Shown here: positions 19,806 to 33,380 of the stretch, in pieces | Layout of the letters: each line of letters starts with the position of its first letter | Position numbering within the stretch: position 1 is the stretch's first letter | NCBI GenBank assembly: GCA_963663965.2 | Contig: CAXXFK010000020.1 | Coordinates: forward strand, 64,001-128,000 | Direction of reading: 5' to 3' | Source of the DNA: Sedimentisphaerales bacterium | GTDB taxonomy: Bacteria > Planctomycetota > Phycisphaerae > Sedimentisphaerales > SM23-30 | DNA length: 64,000 nt | Translations under genes and position numbers: made by a program | The notes under the pieces: generated by a model | What the model was told of the DNA's origin: nothing | The model's database searches: none | The model's input: the letters and a program-made list of their open reading frames with translations, nothing else

Positions 19806-21734
19806 TTACTCAGATGCCTGCTTGATGGTTTCGAGTTCTTCCCAGCGTTGGTAGGCTGTCTGGAGATCTGACTCGAGTTGACGATTGCGATCAGTGAGGG
19901 CGGTGATTGCTTCCGGTGGTTTTTTATAGAAATCGGGGCCGGCCATTTCGATGTGGAGCGCTTCGATTTCGTTTTCGAGCTGTTCGATGCGATCGGGCAG
20001 TTGTTGAAGTTCTTTGTTTTCGTTCCAGGAGAGTTTGCGCGGTTTGGCGGTGCCGTCACGGCGGATTGTAGTATCTTTTTCAGATTTTGGGCGGGTCACT
20101 TTGGCGGAATCCGACGCCGGGTCCGGTTGATTTTTTTTGCTTTGAATCAGATAGTCATCCCAGCCGCCGCCATATTCCTTAACCAAACCGTCGCCTTCGA
20201 GTGCAATGGTAGAGGTTACGACATTATTGAGAAAGTCGCGGTCGTGGCTGACCATCAGGACAGTACCGGAATAATCGCATAGTACCTCTTCGAGCAGTTC
20301 AAGGGTTTCGACATCGAGGTCATTGGTGGGCTCATCCAGTACGAGAATATTGGCCGGCCGGGTGAACAGTTTGGCCAGGAGCAGGCGGTTGCGCTCGCCG
20401 CCGGAGAGTTCACCGGCGGGATTGCGCACCTGTTTGGGAGAAAAGAGAAAATCTTCGAGATAGCCGATCACATGACGCGGCCGGTCATTCACAACAACTT
20501 TGTCACTGCCGGGAGCGATATTTTCCTGGACCGATTTGTCATCATCGAGGGCGGCATGCAACTGGTCGAAATAAGCAATTTGAAGATTGGTGCCGTGGCG
20601 GACAGTGCCGGATAGCGGCGCCAGTTCGTCGAGCATGAGTTTGATCAGGGTGGTTTTGCCGGAACCGTTAGGGCCGATGATGCCGATCCGGTCGCCCCGC
20701 AGAATGTCGGTGGAGAAATCGCTGACAATCAAGGGGCCGGATTCGTTCTGGTAGCCAAAGGAGACATGGCGCATTTCGATGACTTTGCGGCCGGTCACCT
20801 GGGCCTGCTGGACTTCGATGCGAACCTGGCCGATCTGATCTTTGCGCTGGCTGCGTTCTTCACGCATGGCTTTGAGCCGGCGGACGCGACCTTCATTACG
20901 TGTGCGGCGTTCTTTGACACCCTGGCGGATCCAGACTTCCTCCTGGGCAAGGCGTTTGTCGAAAAGTTTATTGCGGCGCTCTTCTTCTTCGATGTCCTGC
21001 TCTTTGCGAGTCAGGTAGGTGTCCAGGTCGCAATGGTACATGGTAACCCGGCCCCGATCGATATCGATGACACCCCGGGCGATTTTGCGTACGAAGGCCC
21101 GGTCGTGGCTGACCAGGAGCAAAGTGGTCTGGAGGCCGGCGATAAAATCTTCGATCCAGAGGATGGTCTGGATATCGAGATGGTTGGTGGGTTCGTCGAG
21201 AATGAGGACATCGGGGCGTTGCACCAGGCAGCGGGCCAGCATGACACGGCGCTTCATGCCGCTGGAAAGTGCCTGGAAATCGGCCTGGGGATCCAGTTGC
21301 ATGACTGAGAGGGTCTCATCGACTACAGATTGACCGGACCAGGCGTTTTGATCATCCATGCGATGATGGAGATCGGCCAGTTCATCCAGTATGGCCGGAT
21401 CATGCAGGTCGGCGAAGTGGTTGAGGTAATAGTCGCGGCCGAGGAGTTCTCCGGCCTGGCCCAGGCCGCCGGCGGCAACCTGATAGACACAACCCTGAAT
21501 ACCGGCCGGCACCTGCTGGATCAGGCGGGCGATACGCAGGCCCTGCTGACGAAAGACCTGACCGTGTTCAGCCTGGAGGTCGTCGGCGATCAATTTAAGC
21601 AGGGTGGATTTGCCACTGCCGTTGCGTCCAACCAGGCAGAGGCGCTGGCCTTTTTCGATAGACAAGTCGACCTGTTCGAGGACTGGATGACCGCCATAGC
21701 CGACGGAAACGTTTTGTAAGGTTATTTGTGCCAT
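19806..21734 (-). CDS. uup: ABC-F family ATPase Uup
   Basis: Two ABC domains, no TM; EEVWIRQGVKERRTRNEGRVRRL linker; C-terminal KLSWNE..EL..LP..IE.LE coiled domain. Confidence 0.93.
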   Translation of the reverse strand: MAQITLQNVSVGYGGHPVLEQVDLSIEKGQRLCLVGRNGSGKSTLLKLIADDLQAEHGQVFRQQGLRIARLIQQVPAGIQGCVYQVAAGGLGQAGELLGRDYYLNHFADLHDPAILDELADLHHRMDDQNAWSGQSVVDETLSVMQLDPQADFQALSSGMKRRVMLARCLVQRPDVLILDEPTNHLDIQTILWIEDFIAGLQTTLLLVSHDRAFVRKIARGVIDIDRGRVTMYHCDLDTYLTRKEQDIEEEERRNKLFDKRLAQEEVWIRQGVKERRTRNEGRVRRLKAMREERSQRKDQIGQVRIEVQQAQVTGRKVIEMRHVSFGYQNESGPLIVSDFSTDILRGDRIGIIGPNGSGKTTLIKLMLDELAPLSGTVRHGTNLQIAYFDQLHAALDDDKSVQENIAPGSDKVVVNDRPRHVIGYLEDFLFSPKQVRNPAGELSGGERNRLLLAKLFTRPANILVLDEPTNDLDVETLELLEEVLCDYSGTVLMVSHDRDFLNNVVTSTIALEGDGLVKEYGGGWDDYLIQSKKNQPDPASDSAKVTRPKSEKDTTIRRDGTAKPRKLSWNENKELQQLPDRIEQLENEIEALHIEMAGPDFYKKPPEAITALTDRNRQLESDLQTAYQRWEELETIKQASE

Positions 21735-21880
21735 AATGTTATGGATTTAGTGGTCGATTCTATTTGAAAGAAATTGCTGATATTTTTTAGTTTCAACTGA
21801 GTCTTGATTGTATTAGTCAGGTCAACATGCTATCCTTATTCAATTAAAAATGGAATAACAAATTAGCCCGGACTATCGCA

Positions 21881-22774
21881 ATGACAGACAACATTTTGAA
21901 ATCAACGCCCCGCAACTTTTTATTCGGCGAATTGGAGCCCAAAAGGGAATTTTATGTGAATGGGCCGAGTGCGCCGTTTGCCTGGTATGGCGGGAAATAT
22001 TATTACGCTCGATGGATTATTGAGCATTTTCCCGAGCACCGGGTTTATATTGAGCCGTTTGGTGGGGCCGGGAATATTCTGTTGAATAAGGATCATAGTG
22101 ACGTTGAGATATTCAATGATATCGATGGGCGGCTGGTGAATTTTTTCCGGGTGTTGCGGGATCGAGAACCATTTGAAGAATTGAACCGGCAATTGAGATT
22201 GACGCCATACAGCCGGGAGATTTTTGAAGAGTGTCTGCTGGAAGGGCCAACGGAAGACAAGGTAAGAGAGGCCTACAAGTTTTTTGTGTTGTGCCGGCAG
22301 GCCATTGGCGGGACGGGCACTTCGAAATTAACGAAACGACACTGGACGATGAGTTTGCGAGCCAGGCGGAAGATGGCCGAACCGGTGTCGAAATATCTAT
22401 CGGCGATAGACGGTCTGGAAGAGGTGGCGGAACGGTTCGCGACCGTGGCAGTGGAGCATATGGACGCGATTGAATTAATCGAAAAATATGACCGGGACGA
22501 TGCGCTGATCTATTGTGATCCGCCTTATTTACCACAGACCCGGTATAAAGGGATTACCAACCATTACGCCAATGAGATGAGTTTTGAGGATCATGAAAAA
22601 TTTCTGGATGTGCTGCTGGCGTGCAAAGGCAAAGTGGTTTTAAGTGGCTATCATTCTGAGCTTTATGACCAGAAACTGAGTGGCTGGAAGATTGATACCC
22701 TGACGACAAAGGCCCATATGAAGAATTCGGGCCAGACGCGGGAAGAGGTGCTCTGGATGAACTGGGGAAACTAA
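21881..22774 (+). CDS. Orphan DNA adenine methyltransferase (D12/Dam class)
   Basis: WYGGK, YIEPFGGAG (motif I), NDID, YCDPPY (motif IV), EVLWMN. Confidence 0.92.
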   Translation: MTDNILKSTPRNFLFGELEPKREFYVNGPSAPFAWYGGKYYYARWIIEHFPEHRVYIEPFGGAGNILLNKDHSDVEIFNDIDGRLVNFFRVLRDREPFEELNRQLRLTPYSREIFEECLLEGPTEDKVREAYKFFVLCRQAIGGTGTSKLTKRHWTMSLRARRKMAEPVSKYLSAIDGLEEVAERFATVAVEHMDAIELIEKYDRDDALIYCDPPYLPQTRYKGITNHYANEMSFEDHEKFLDVLLACKGKVVLSGYHSELYDQKLSGWKIDTLTTKAHMKNSGQTREEVLWMNWGN

Positions 22775-22855
22775 GGAACGAACAATATTCAATCGTGTCG
22801 GCAAAGTCACCATAACCAACTATTATTAAAAGACATACGCTTCAAAACAACACTC

Positions 22856-22890
22856 TGTCAACCAAATAATAAACACTGTGTCTAATAAAA
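22856..22890. repeat. 35-bp dispersed intergenic motif, copy 2 (TGTCAACCAAATAATAAACACTGTGTCTAATAAAA)
   Basis: Ungapped alignment to 1152 and 31113. Confidence 0.8.
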
Positions 22891-23082
22891 TGGGAGAGGG
22901 GGTCGGGCGGCCCATTTAATGTATTTTTTACTTGCATAAGAAGGTTTGGAGCGTTAATTTCTTACAGATTTTATCGTGAACGGAGAAGCATTTTGAAACA
23001 CTTGCGTCAAGTGTAAGCGTACCCGCCCCGCCTCCGGAAAAACAAGCATAAGTGTTTATAATTAAATAATTTGGGAGTAATT

Positions 23083-25087
23083 ATGTCATCGAAGTCTTTA
23101 GAGCAACTGAGTATCGAGACCATTCGTTTTTCTGGCCATGGACGGCGTCCAGGCAGCCAAATCCGGTCATCCGGGTATGCCAATGGGCATGGCCCCGGCC
23201 GCCTATACCATCTGGACACGTTTTTTACATCACAGTCCGAGTAATCCGGCCTGGTTGAACCGGGATCGTTTTGTTTTATCCGCCGGTCACGGCAGTATGT
23301 TGATCTATTCCCTGCTGCACCTGACGGGTTATGATCTGCCTCTGGAAGATCTCAAGCGGTTTCGTCAATTGAACAGTAAATGCGCCGGCCACCCGGAACG
23401 CGGGCACTGTCCTGGTGTAGAAGTGACCACCGGTCCGCTGGGCCAGGGAATTTCCAATGGCGTGGGCATGGCGATCGCCCAGAAACATCTGGCGGCCAAG
23501 TTTAATAAAGAGGGTTTCAATCTTTTCGATCACCATATTTATGTGATTGCCGGTGATGGCTGTTTGCAGGAAGGCGTTTCGTCGGAGGCCTGTTCGCTGG
23601 CCGGACACCTGGGATTGGATAACCTGATTGTGATCTATGATGACAACCATATTACCATTGATGGCGAAACCGACCTGTCCTTTACCGAGGATCGCGCCAA
23701 ACGGTTCGAGGCTTATGGCTGGCATGTACAGAAAGTTGGCGGGGATGGGAACGACTGTGAAGCGATCGCCGCCGCCCTGGAGAAAGCCCGGGCCGAAAAG
23801 GGCCGCCCCAGCATTATTCAGCTTCGCACCCATATCGGTTACGGCAGTCCGAATTTTCAGGATACCCATACCGCCCATGGCGCCCCGCTGGGTGAGGATG
23901 AAATCAAATTAATCAAAAAGAATTTTGGCTGGGATCCGGAGGTTTCATTCCATATCCCCGCTGAAGTAAAAGAGCATATGAGCCAGGCTGTCGCCAAAGG
24001 CAAGGCGCTGGAAGAGCAATGGAACGAGCTGTTTGCCGCTTATGAAAAACAATATCCGGAACTGGCCGCCAAGATCAAAACCGCTCAGGCAGGAAAACTG
24101 GCAGTGGATATTGACAGCCTGTTGCCAAAATTTGAAGCGGGCACGGCCCTGGCAACTCGTTCGGCTTCGGGCAAGACACTGGCGGCCGTGATGCCCACGC
24201 TTGATATGGTGATTGGCGGCAGCGCGGATCTGACCCCCTCGAACAATACCTGGTATCCGGGCGCCAGCGATTATCAGAAAGCGACTCCGGAAGGCCGTTA
24301 TCTGCGGTTTGGTGTGCGGGAACATGCCATGGGCGCGATCATGAACGGTATCACCTCCAGCGACCTGCTGCGAGTCTATGGCGCGACATTCCTGGTGTTC
24401 AGCGATTATATGCGCGGCGCGATTCGTGTGGCGGCCATCGCCAAGCACCCGGTGATCTATGTATTTACTCATGACAGTATTGGCGTGGGTGAAGATGGCC
24501 CGACCCATCAGCCGGTGGAACATTTCGCTTCGTTGCGAGCGATACCCGACTTGCTGGTGATCCGCCCGGCGGATGCCAACGAAACGGCCCAGGCCTGGAA
24601 ATATGCCCTGACCCACACCGACGGCCCGGTCGCCTTGATGCTGACCCGCCAGAATCTGCCGGTGATCGATCAGACCAAATATGGATCGGCCACGCAGTTG
24701 GAAAAAGGCGCTTATGTCCTGAAAGCGTCCGATAACCCGGATATTTTACTGCTGGCCAGCGGCTCTGAAGTTCCATTAGTCATGGAAGCTGCCGAACAGC
24801 TTGCCGCAGAGGGTATCAGCGCCCAGGTGGTTTCGATGCCCTGCTGGGAACTGTTCGAAAAACAGGATAAAGCCTATAAAGACAAAGTATTGCCGCCGTC
24901 GTGCCGGGCGCGCGTGGGCGTGGAAGCGGGCATGGACCAGGGCTGGTATAAATACCTGGGACTGGATGGGATATTCATTGGTATGAATTCGTTCGGCACA
25001 TCCGGCCCGTTCAAGCAATGTTTCGAATATTTTGGTATTACCATTCAAGCCGTGGTAGATGCGGCCCGAAAAATTAAAAAAGCGTGA
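23083..25087 (+). CDS. tkt: Transketolase (likely start 23083; +1 frameshift at 23127-23131; long ORF 23138-25087)
   Basis: SGHPGMPMG, RDRFVLSAGHGS, GDGCLQEG, THDSIGVGEDGPTHQP; upstream frame MSSKSLEQLSIETIRF with GGAG RBS. Confidence 0.96.
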
Positions 25088-25138
25088 CATTCAGTATACG
25101 GCAACGTATAATACCATATAAGGATGTACCAAGCAGTT

Positions 25139-25184
25139 GTAAGTGTTGAGTAGGAGCAGTAAACCCACTCTTACTCACGCTTAC
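25139..25184. terminator. Long imperfect hairpin after tkt
   Basis: GTAAGTGTTGAGTAGGAG ... CTCTTACTCACGCTTAC inverted repeat; no clear U-tract. Confidence 0.45.
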
Positions 25185-25356
25185 TACTGTAACCGCTAAA
25201 ATGGTTGCGTCGGTTTTAGTTTCATCGCTTTCTATATCGAGTTGTTTATTCATATCAGCATATTGCCTTTGACCGGGTCGATTGTTTTCATCTATGTTTC
25301 GACGATTGATAATGAAACCCAGGGGGAAAACTCACCAATTATAAATATAATTTATA

Positions 25357-25385
25357 TTGAACTGGCCATCTGAATCTGATATAAT
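25357..25385 (+). promoter_or_regulatory. Sigma70-type promoter TTGAAC-N17-TATAAT (extended -10)
   Basis: Near-consensus hexamers upstream of the PEP-CTERM gene pair. Confidence 0.6.
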
Positions 25386-25627
25386 AAGAAGCAGAATTGT
25401 GAGAGAGCGTTTATATGAGGAGTGTTATGAAATGCAAAAAAGTCCGGCGCCGGTTATTCAGACGGTAAGCCTGTCACGAGTTGGGTCATACAGCTATTTG
25501 AGATTCAGGCGTTCATTTTCCGGTCTATTTTATCAAAACAAGTCTCTCATATACGCAGACAATAAAACCGGTGACGCCACAGCCGGTAATCGATGAATTA
25601 AAAAGGAATCATCTAAGGGGAGTTGAT

Positions 25628-26242
25628 ATGAAAAAGCGACTAACAATCTGCCTGATCATATTATGCTGCCATAATCTTGTCGTGAATGCCACTACTATTA
25701 CGAGTGGGACATTGAATATCGACGGCGAAGATTATGGCCAATTGTATGTAAGGAACGATGCCATTGTCAATGTGTTGGGGGATACCGTATCGACATTTTA
25801 TATGCGTGAAACAAGTATCATTAATGTATTATCCGGTGATATTTCTGGAGAAATTGTAGCAAGTGATCAATGCCGTGTTAATATCAAAGGTGGAAGTGTC
25901 AATGAAATTAAGGTTAATAATGATTGTTTGATCGAACTATCGGGCGGGCAAATCAACTCGCTAAAATCATTCTGGACAGAACATCAAACACGGAAAGCGA
26001 TTATTTTAATTTGCGACAGGGCAAGTATAAATTACGATGAAACCAGCGGCACGCTGACCGGCACCTGGCTTAATGGCGAAGTTTTTTCGATGCAACTCAG
26101 TGACTATCATGGCATGAATCACATTTATGACAATATATCGTTTATCCCAGAGCCGGGTATAATGACCACTTTGATATTGGGCGCTTGCTTTGTTTTTCGA
26201 CGAAACAAAATACTTATTCCTGCTAAAAGAGATTTGTTATGA
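25628..26242 (+). CDS. PEP-CTERM sorting domain protein
   Basis: AGGGGAG RBS; signal peptide; C-terminal IPEPG + hydrophobic stretch + RRNK. Confidence 0.85.
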   Translation: MKKRLTICLIILCCHNLVVNATTITSGTLNIDGEDYGQLYVRNDAIVNVLGDTVSTFYMRETSIINVLSGDISGEIVASDQCRVNIKGGSVNEIKVNNDCLIELSGGQINSLKSFWTEHQTRKAIILICDRASINYDETSGTLTGTWLNGEVFSMQLSDYHGMNHIYDNISFIPEPGIMTTLILGACFVFRRNKILIPAKRDLL

Positions 26243-26835
26243 AAAAGTTGCTGATTTTCTTTTGGGCCGTGTTATGCTGCCACAACCTTGCCATCAATGC
26301 CACAACGATTACGAATGGCGTATTGAATATCGACGGTGAAGATTATGGCCAACTGTATGTAAGGAACGATGCCGTTGTCAATGTGTTGGGAGATACCGTA
26401 TCGACATTTTACCTGGGAGACAATAGTTCATTATACGTCATTGATGGAACTATCACAGGGAGCATCCTTGCTTCCGATCAAAGCCGGGTCAATTTTTCCG
26501 GGGGTTTCATCGATGAAATCCTTGTTAACCGGGAATGCGAACTCCAGTTAAGCGGAGGCGCTATACATACCATCAAATCGGTTTGGTATGAATACAAACC
26601 CGGAAAAATGATCACCATAAATTGCGATACATCAAAGACGCAATACAATATAACTGACGGTATTCTAAAGGGAGAATGGTTAAACGGTGAAAGCTTTGCC
26701 ATCCAATTAATCGACACACATGGATTCAGTAACTTATATGAAAAGATTACGTTTATAGCAGAACCGGGTTCATTGTTACTGATTACATCAGGATTCTTTT
26801 ACCAAAAAATGTTTAATAGGTACCATACAACATAG
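26239..26835 (+). CDS. Tandem paralog of PEP-CTERM protein with degenerate sorting motif (IAEPG)
   Basis: Shares LNIDGEDYGQLYVRNDA..NVLGDTVSTFY and G.WLNGE.F..QL.D.HG with upstream gene; 4-nt overlap. Confidence 0.85.
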   Translation: MKKLLIFFWAVLCCHNLAINATTITNGVLNIDGEDYGQLYVRNDAVVNVLGDTVSTFYLGDNSSLYVIDGTITGSILASDQSRVNFSGGFIDEILVNRECELQLSGGAIHTIKSVWYEYKPGKMITINCDTSKTQYNITDGILKGEWLNGESFAIQLIDTHGFSNLYEKITFIAEPGSLLLITSGFFYQKMFNRYHTT

Positions 26836-26925
26836 ATAAGCTTGAATCTTCAGTCTCATTGGATTATCGAACTGTTAGCAACTACGTTTATACTTTTTGG
26901 TTGACTCAACTGAGTCAGATGCCTG

Positions 26926-26960
26926 AAAAAAAAGGCGCTCCCAAACGGGGGCGCCTTTTA
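26926..26960. terminator. Bidirectional intrinsic terminator
   Basis: AAAAGGCGCTCCC-AAAC-GGGGGCGCCTTTT. Confidence 0.85.
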
Positions 26961-26981
26961 TTGTTAGATATCCGCTATCTT

Positions 26982-30536
<3,555 letters not shown>

Positions 30537-30891
30537 TCAAAAAGAAATAGTAAACGGCCTGGCCGTATTATAAACGCTATGTACTTGTTAAAAAAAGAAT
30601 TATAACCAGAATCATTATTCCAATGGAATTGTGGTTCGGTCATAATTTCCTTTGGTTTGTTGCCAAAGAAATAAATGGACTATTCTACTGTTTGCAGGCA
30701 GAGTATGCCAGTGGAAAACCGGGGACGAACGGGCTTGGGGCGATAATTTCCAGCTGTGATGATTAACTGAAGCTGCACTGATACTATCGGCTATAATCCC
30801 AGTTCAATTCACTGATCTTAAAGGTATGACAGTTCCCCCATCTGGAACGAATCCCACAAGCTCACATTCTCAATTTTTGTACACTTGCCAC

Positions 30892-30944
30892 TTGTGCAAA
30901 TTTTCACAGAGAGTATTTTAGATAAACATCCACCATCCTGTCAA
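30892..30944 (-). promoter_or_regulatory. PFOR promoter TTGACA-N18-TAAAAT with Rex-like operator TTGTGCAAATTTTCACAG at the start site
   Basis: -35 at 30944-30939, -10 at 30920-30915; 18-bp box at 30892-30909 resembles TTGTGAANNNNTTCACAA. Confidence 0.55.
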
Positions 30945-31112
30945 GCCCTGCAGGAATCATTTTGCAAATATATTTATTTTCCGTCATTCGAGACGTGGCT
31001 CGGAGAGTCCAATTTGGAAAGAAGCAGGCGCTCGATGACTTATTATCCATAACCCATTATATTTAAATAAGATATGATTGAAAAACCAAAGACTTATTAA
31101 CTTAAGTTTTTG

Positions 31113-31147
31113 TGTCAACCCAATAATATACACTGTGTATTATAAAA
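31113..31147. repeat. 35-bp dispersed intergenic motif, copy 3 (TGTCAACCCAATAATATACACTGTGTATTATAAAA)
   Basis: Ungapped alignment to 1152 and 22856. Confidence 0.8.
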
Positions 31148-31158
31148 GGGTGAATAAT

Positions 31159-31191
31159 AAAAGGCGGCCCGATCGAAAAAGGGCCGCCTTT
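31159..31191. terminator. Intrinsic terminator downstream of prepilin-like gene
   Basis: AAAGGCGGCCC...GGGCCGCCTTT stem. Confidence 0.75.
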
Positions 31192-31354
31192 ATTCTTAAC
31201 CACCATGAGCCACTACGACTCCCAATAAATCCCGTTTAAGCTATGACGACTAAAACAGGTTCGAAACATGGCCTGCCAACTAAGGCGGTGAATCACATAA
31301 CTTGTTTAAATATAAGATCATACCAGGTATGCAGCCTAATATAACCTCGATGTT

Positions 31355-32188
31355 TTAATCTGAACCTACATATCTGCCCCAGCAGGCCCGCTGCATCCTT
31401 TTGAAATCGATATTATTTACTGCTGCGGTTTGCTCATTCAGTCCAGATTCATTGGTCGTAAAGTAATCGATGGTCCGTGGATCTTCCCATTTCCAGAATT
31501 CGGAATGGCCGTCGGCAAAGGAAGAGGTGCAACCATTATTATGGCGTACCGGCAGTTTATCCCACCACTTAACTTCTAATGGATTAATCGTCCAACTGGT
31601 GGTGGATGCGTATCCTTCATCAATAAAAACCATTCTCTCCCCACCCCGTTTAATGTTATCAAGCTTCAAATAAACGATGGTAGGCGGATTGGATGAGGGA
31701 TTATGGAACGCGGAATGTCCGTTCATGGAATCCACAATCGAATAGGTCCTGGTTTCATGTTCTTTGCCAATCGGGCAGCGATAAATATCGTAGCTCTGGT
31801 TATATTTCCACATGGCCCCCAGATCGACACAGGCCTTCATTGCCTCACGGTCAAAATCGGTAAAAGTACCCGCCGTTAAGGCATAATAGGCCACCCAGGG
31901 TTTTTCAGACTGTTTTTGCCAGTTGGGACTGGGATCGATACGGAACACTGGCGGGTTAGAAGTGACCGTCACCAGATTGGTAGTCCGGCCGCTGACAATA
32001 CTGCCATTATTGTCATCCGCATACATGATCCAAGTCATACTCAGGCTTTTCAGATTACTCAGACAGACGGTGCGTTTACCCTGTTCGCGGGCTTTACCGA
32101 GCGCCGGCATTAAAATGGCAACCAGCAGAGCAATGATCGATATGACAACCAGTAGTTCGATCAGCGTAAAACCAGTTTTTCGTTTCAT
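31355..32188 (-). CDS. Prepilin-type N-terminal cleavage/methylation protein with H-X9-DG motif (DUF1559-like)
   Basis: [47 protein letters not shown]. Confidence 0.92.
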   Translation of the reverse strand: MKRKTGFTLIELLVVISIIALLVAILMPALGKAREQGKRTVCLSNLKSLSMTWIMYADDNNGSIVSGRTTNLVTVTSNPPVFRIDPSPNWQKQSEKPWVAYYALTAGTFTDFDREAMKACVDLGAMWKYNQSYDIYRCPIGKEHETRTYSIVDSMNGHSAFHNPSSNPPTIVYLKLDNIKRGGERMVFIDEGYASTTSWTINPLEVKWWDKLPVRHNNGCTSSFADGHSEFWKWEDPRTIDYFTTNESGLNEQTAAVNNIDFKRMQRACWGRYVGSD

Positions 32189-32387
32189 ATAAAAGATCTC
32201 CCAAGGCAATAACTACTCAACACCCATGCGACACGGCCGCATTCCGTTTCACATGTGAACAATAAATATTTAACCGCTTAACTTATTAAAAGTTTAAAAT
32301 GCTTATTTTCTTAAATCTTTTAATTTAAATGAATTGGAAAAGATTTCCATAAAGTAAAGGGAGAGGCAGAGCAAACTACCCTTATAA

Positions 32388-32451
32388 ATTATACCACTAA
32401 CCGCAATTAAATACACCCTGTTTTGCGACAATTATTCGTCATTTTGCGACA
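32388..32451 (-). promoter_or_regulatory. Extended -10 (TGGTATAAT) with upstream TTTTGCGACA direct repeats at 21-bp period
   Basis: Repeats at 32421-32430 and 32442-32451; -10 at 32393-32388. Confidence 0.45.
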
Positions 32452-32699
32452 CAATAAACAAAAATTGCATTTTCAACTATTTCTGTGAACATTTTGTCCC
32501 ATAATTTTCATTTTTCAATAGCCCGTATGAAGAAAGTGGCCTTATAACCGGTGTTATAAGCATAGAATTCTGTATTTTCGGGATGCCGGCTATTTTCGAG
32601 GTATTTTTTTGCCGATTTTCTTTAAGCCAAAGCTTGGTTAATCCTGTGCGCCCGCACTCCCGATAACACTAGAGAAATTTGAGAGATGGAGATTCGCGA

Positions 32700-33122
32700 A
32701 TGAAGACGTTGATTGTCGAGGATAATTTTGTAAATCGCAAATATTTATTACGCTTATTGCAGCCCTTTGGGGAATGTGATATTGCCGTCAACGGTCGCGA
32801 GGCGGTCAACGCGTTTCAAGTATCTCTGGATTCCGGTCGCCCTTATGATCTGATTTGCATGGATATCATGATGCCGGAAATGGACGGTCAGGAAGCCTTG
32901 AAGATAATCCGTCAGATTGAAGCAGACCATAAAATTCAGGGATTGGATGTGGTAAAAATCCTGATGACCACAGCCGTGGATGAACGAAAAATGATTCTTA
33001 ACTCGTTCGATATCGGGTGTGAAGGGTACCTGATCAAACCGATCGAACCCCAAAAGCTGTATCAGTCACTGAAAGAGCTGGGACTGATTGAGGAAAACAG
33101 TAATCCATTTCCTCAGAAATAA
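32700..33122 (+). CDS. Stand-alone CheY-like response regulator
   Basis: LIVEDN, DLICMDIMMPEMDG, MTTA, YLIKP. Confidence 0.92.
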   Translation: MKTLIVEDNFVNRKYLLRLLQPFGECDIAVNGREAVNAFQVSLDSGRPYDLICMDIMMPEMDGQEALKIIRQIEADHKIQGLDVVKILMTTAVDERKMILNSFDIGCEGYLIKPIEPQKLYQSLKELGLIEENSNPFPQK

Positions 33123-33380
33123 TCCGGCTGAATTCCATTCTCCACCCATCAGCCCCCCTTTTATTCATATCAGAGATTAATATTGCGGCTTCAGGCCGGG
33201 TATATAATTTAAAAAAAAGGTGATTTTTACCAGAATCGGGTTAAAATTCAGTGTCTATTAATCAGGAGGCACTCGTTTGTGGCTGTATGTAACCACTAGC
33301 GAACTGATTGCCTTCTGGAAAAAATTATGATATTTGCAGCAGCATTCCCAAACCAAACAGCATGAAAGGCACTGGCAACC

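Noticed and set aside
21881..22774. Complete restriction-modification system or prophage remnant
   Set aside because: Flanked directly by uup and tkt; no endonuclease or phage genes
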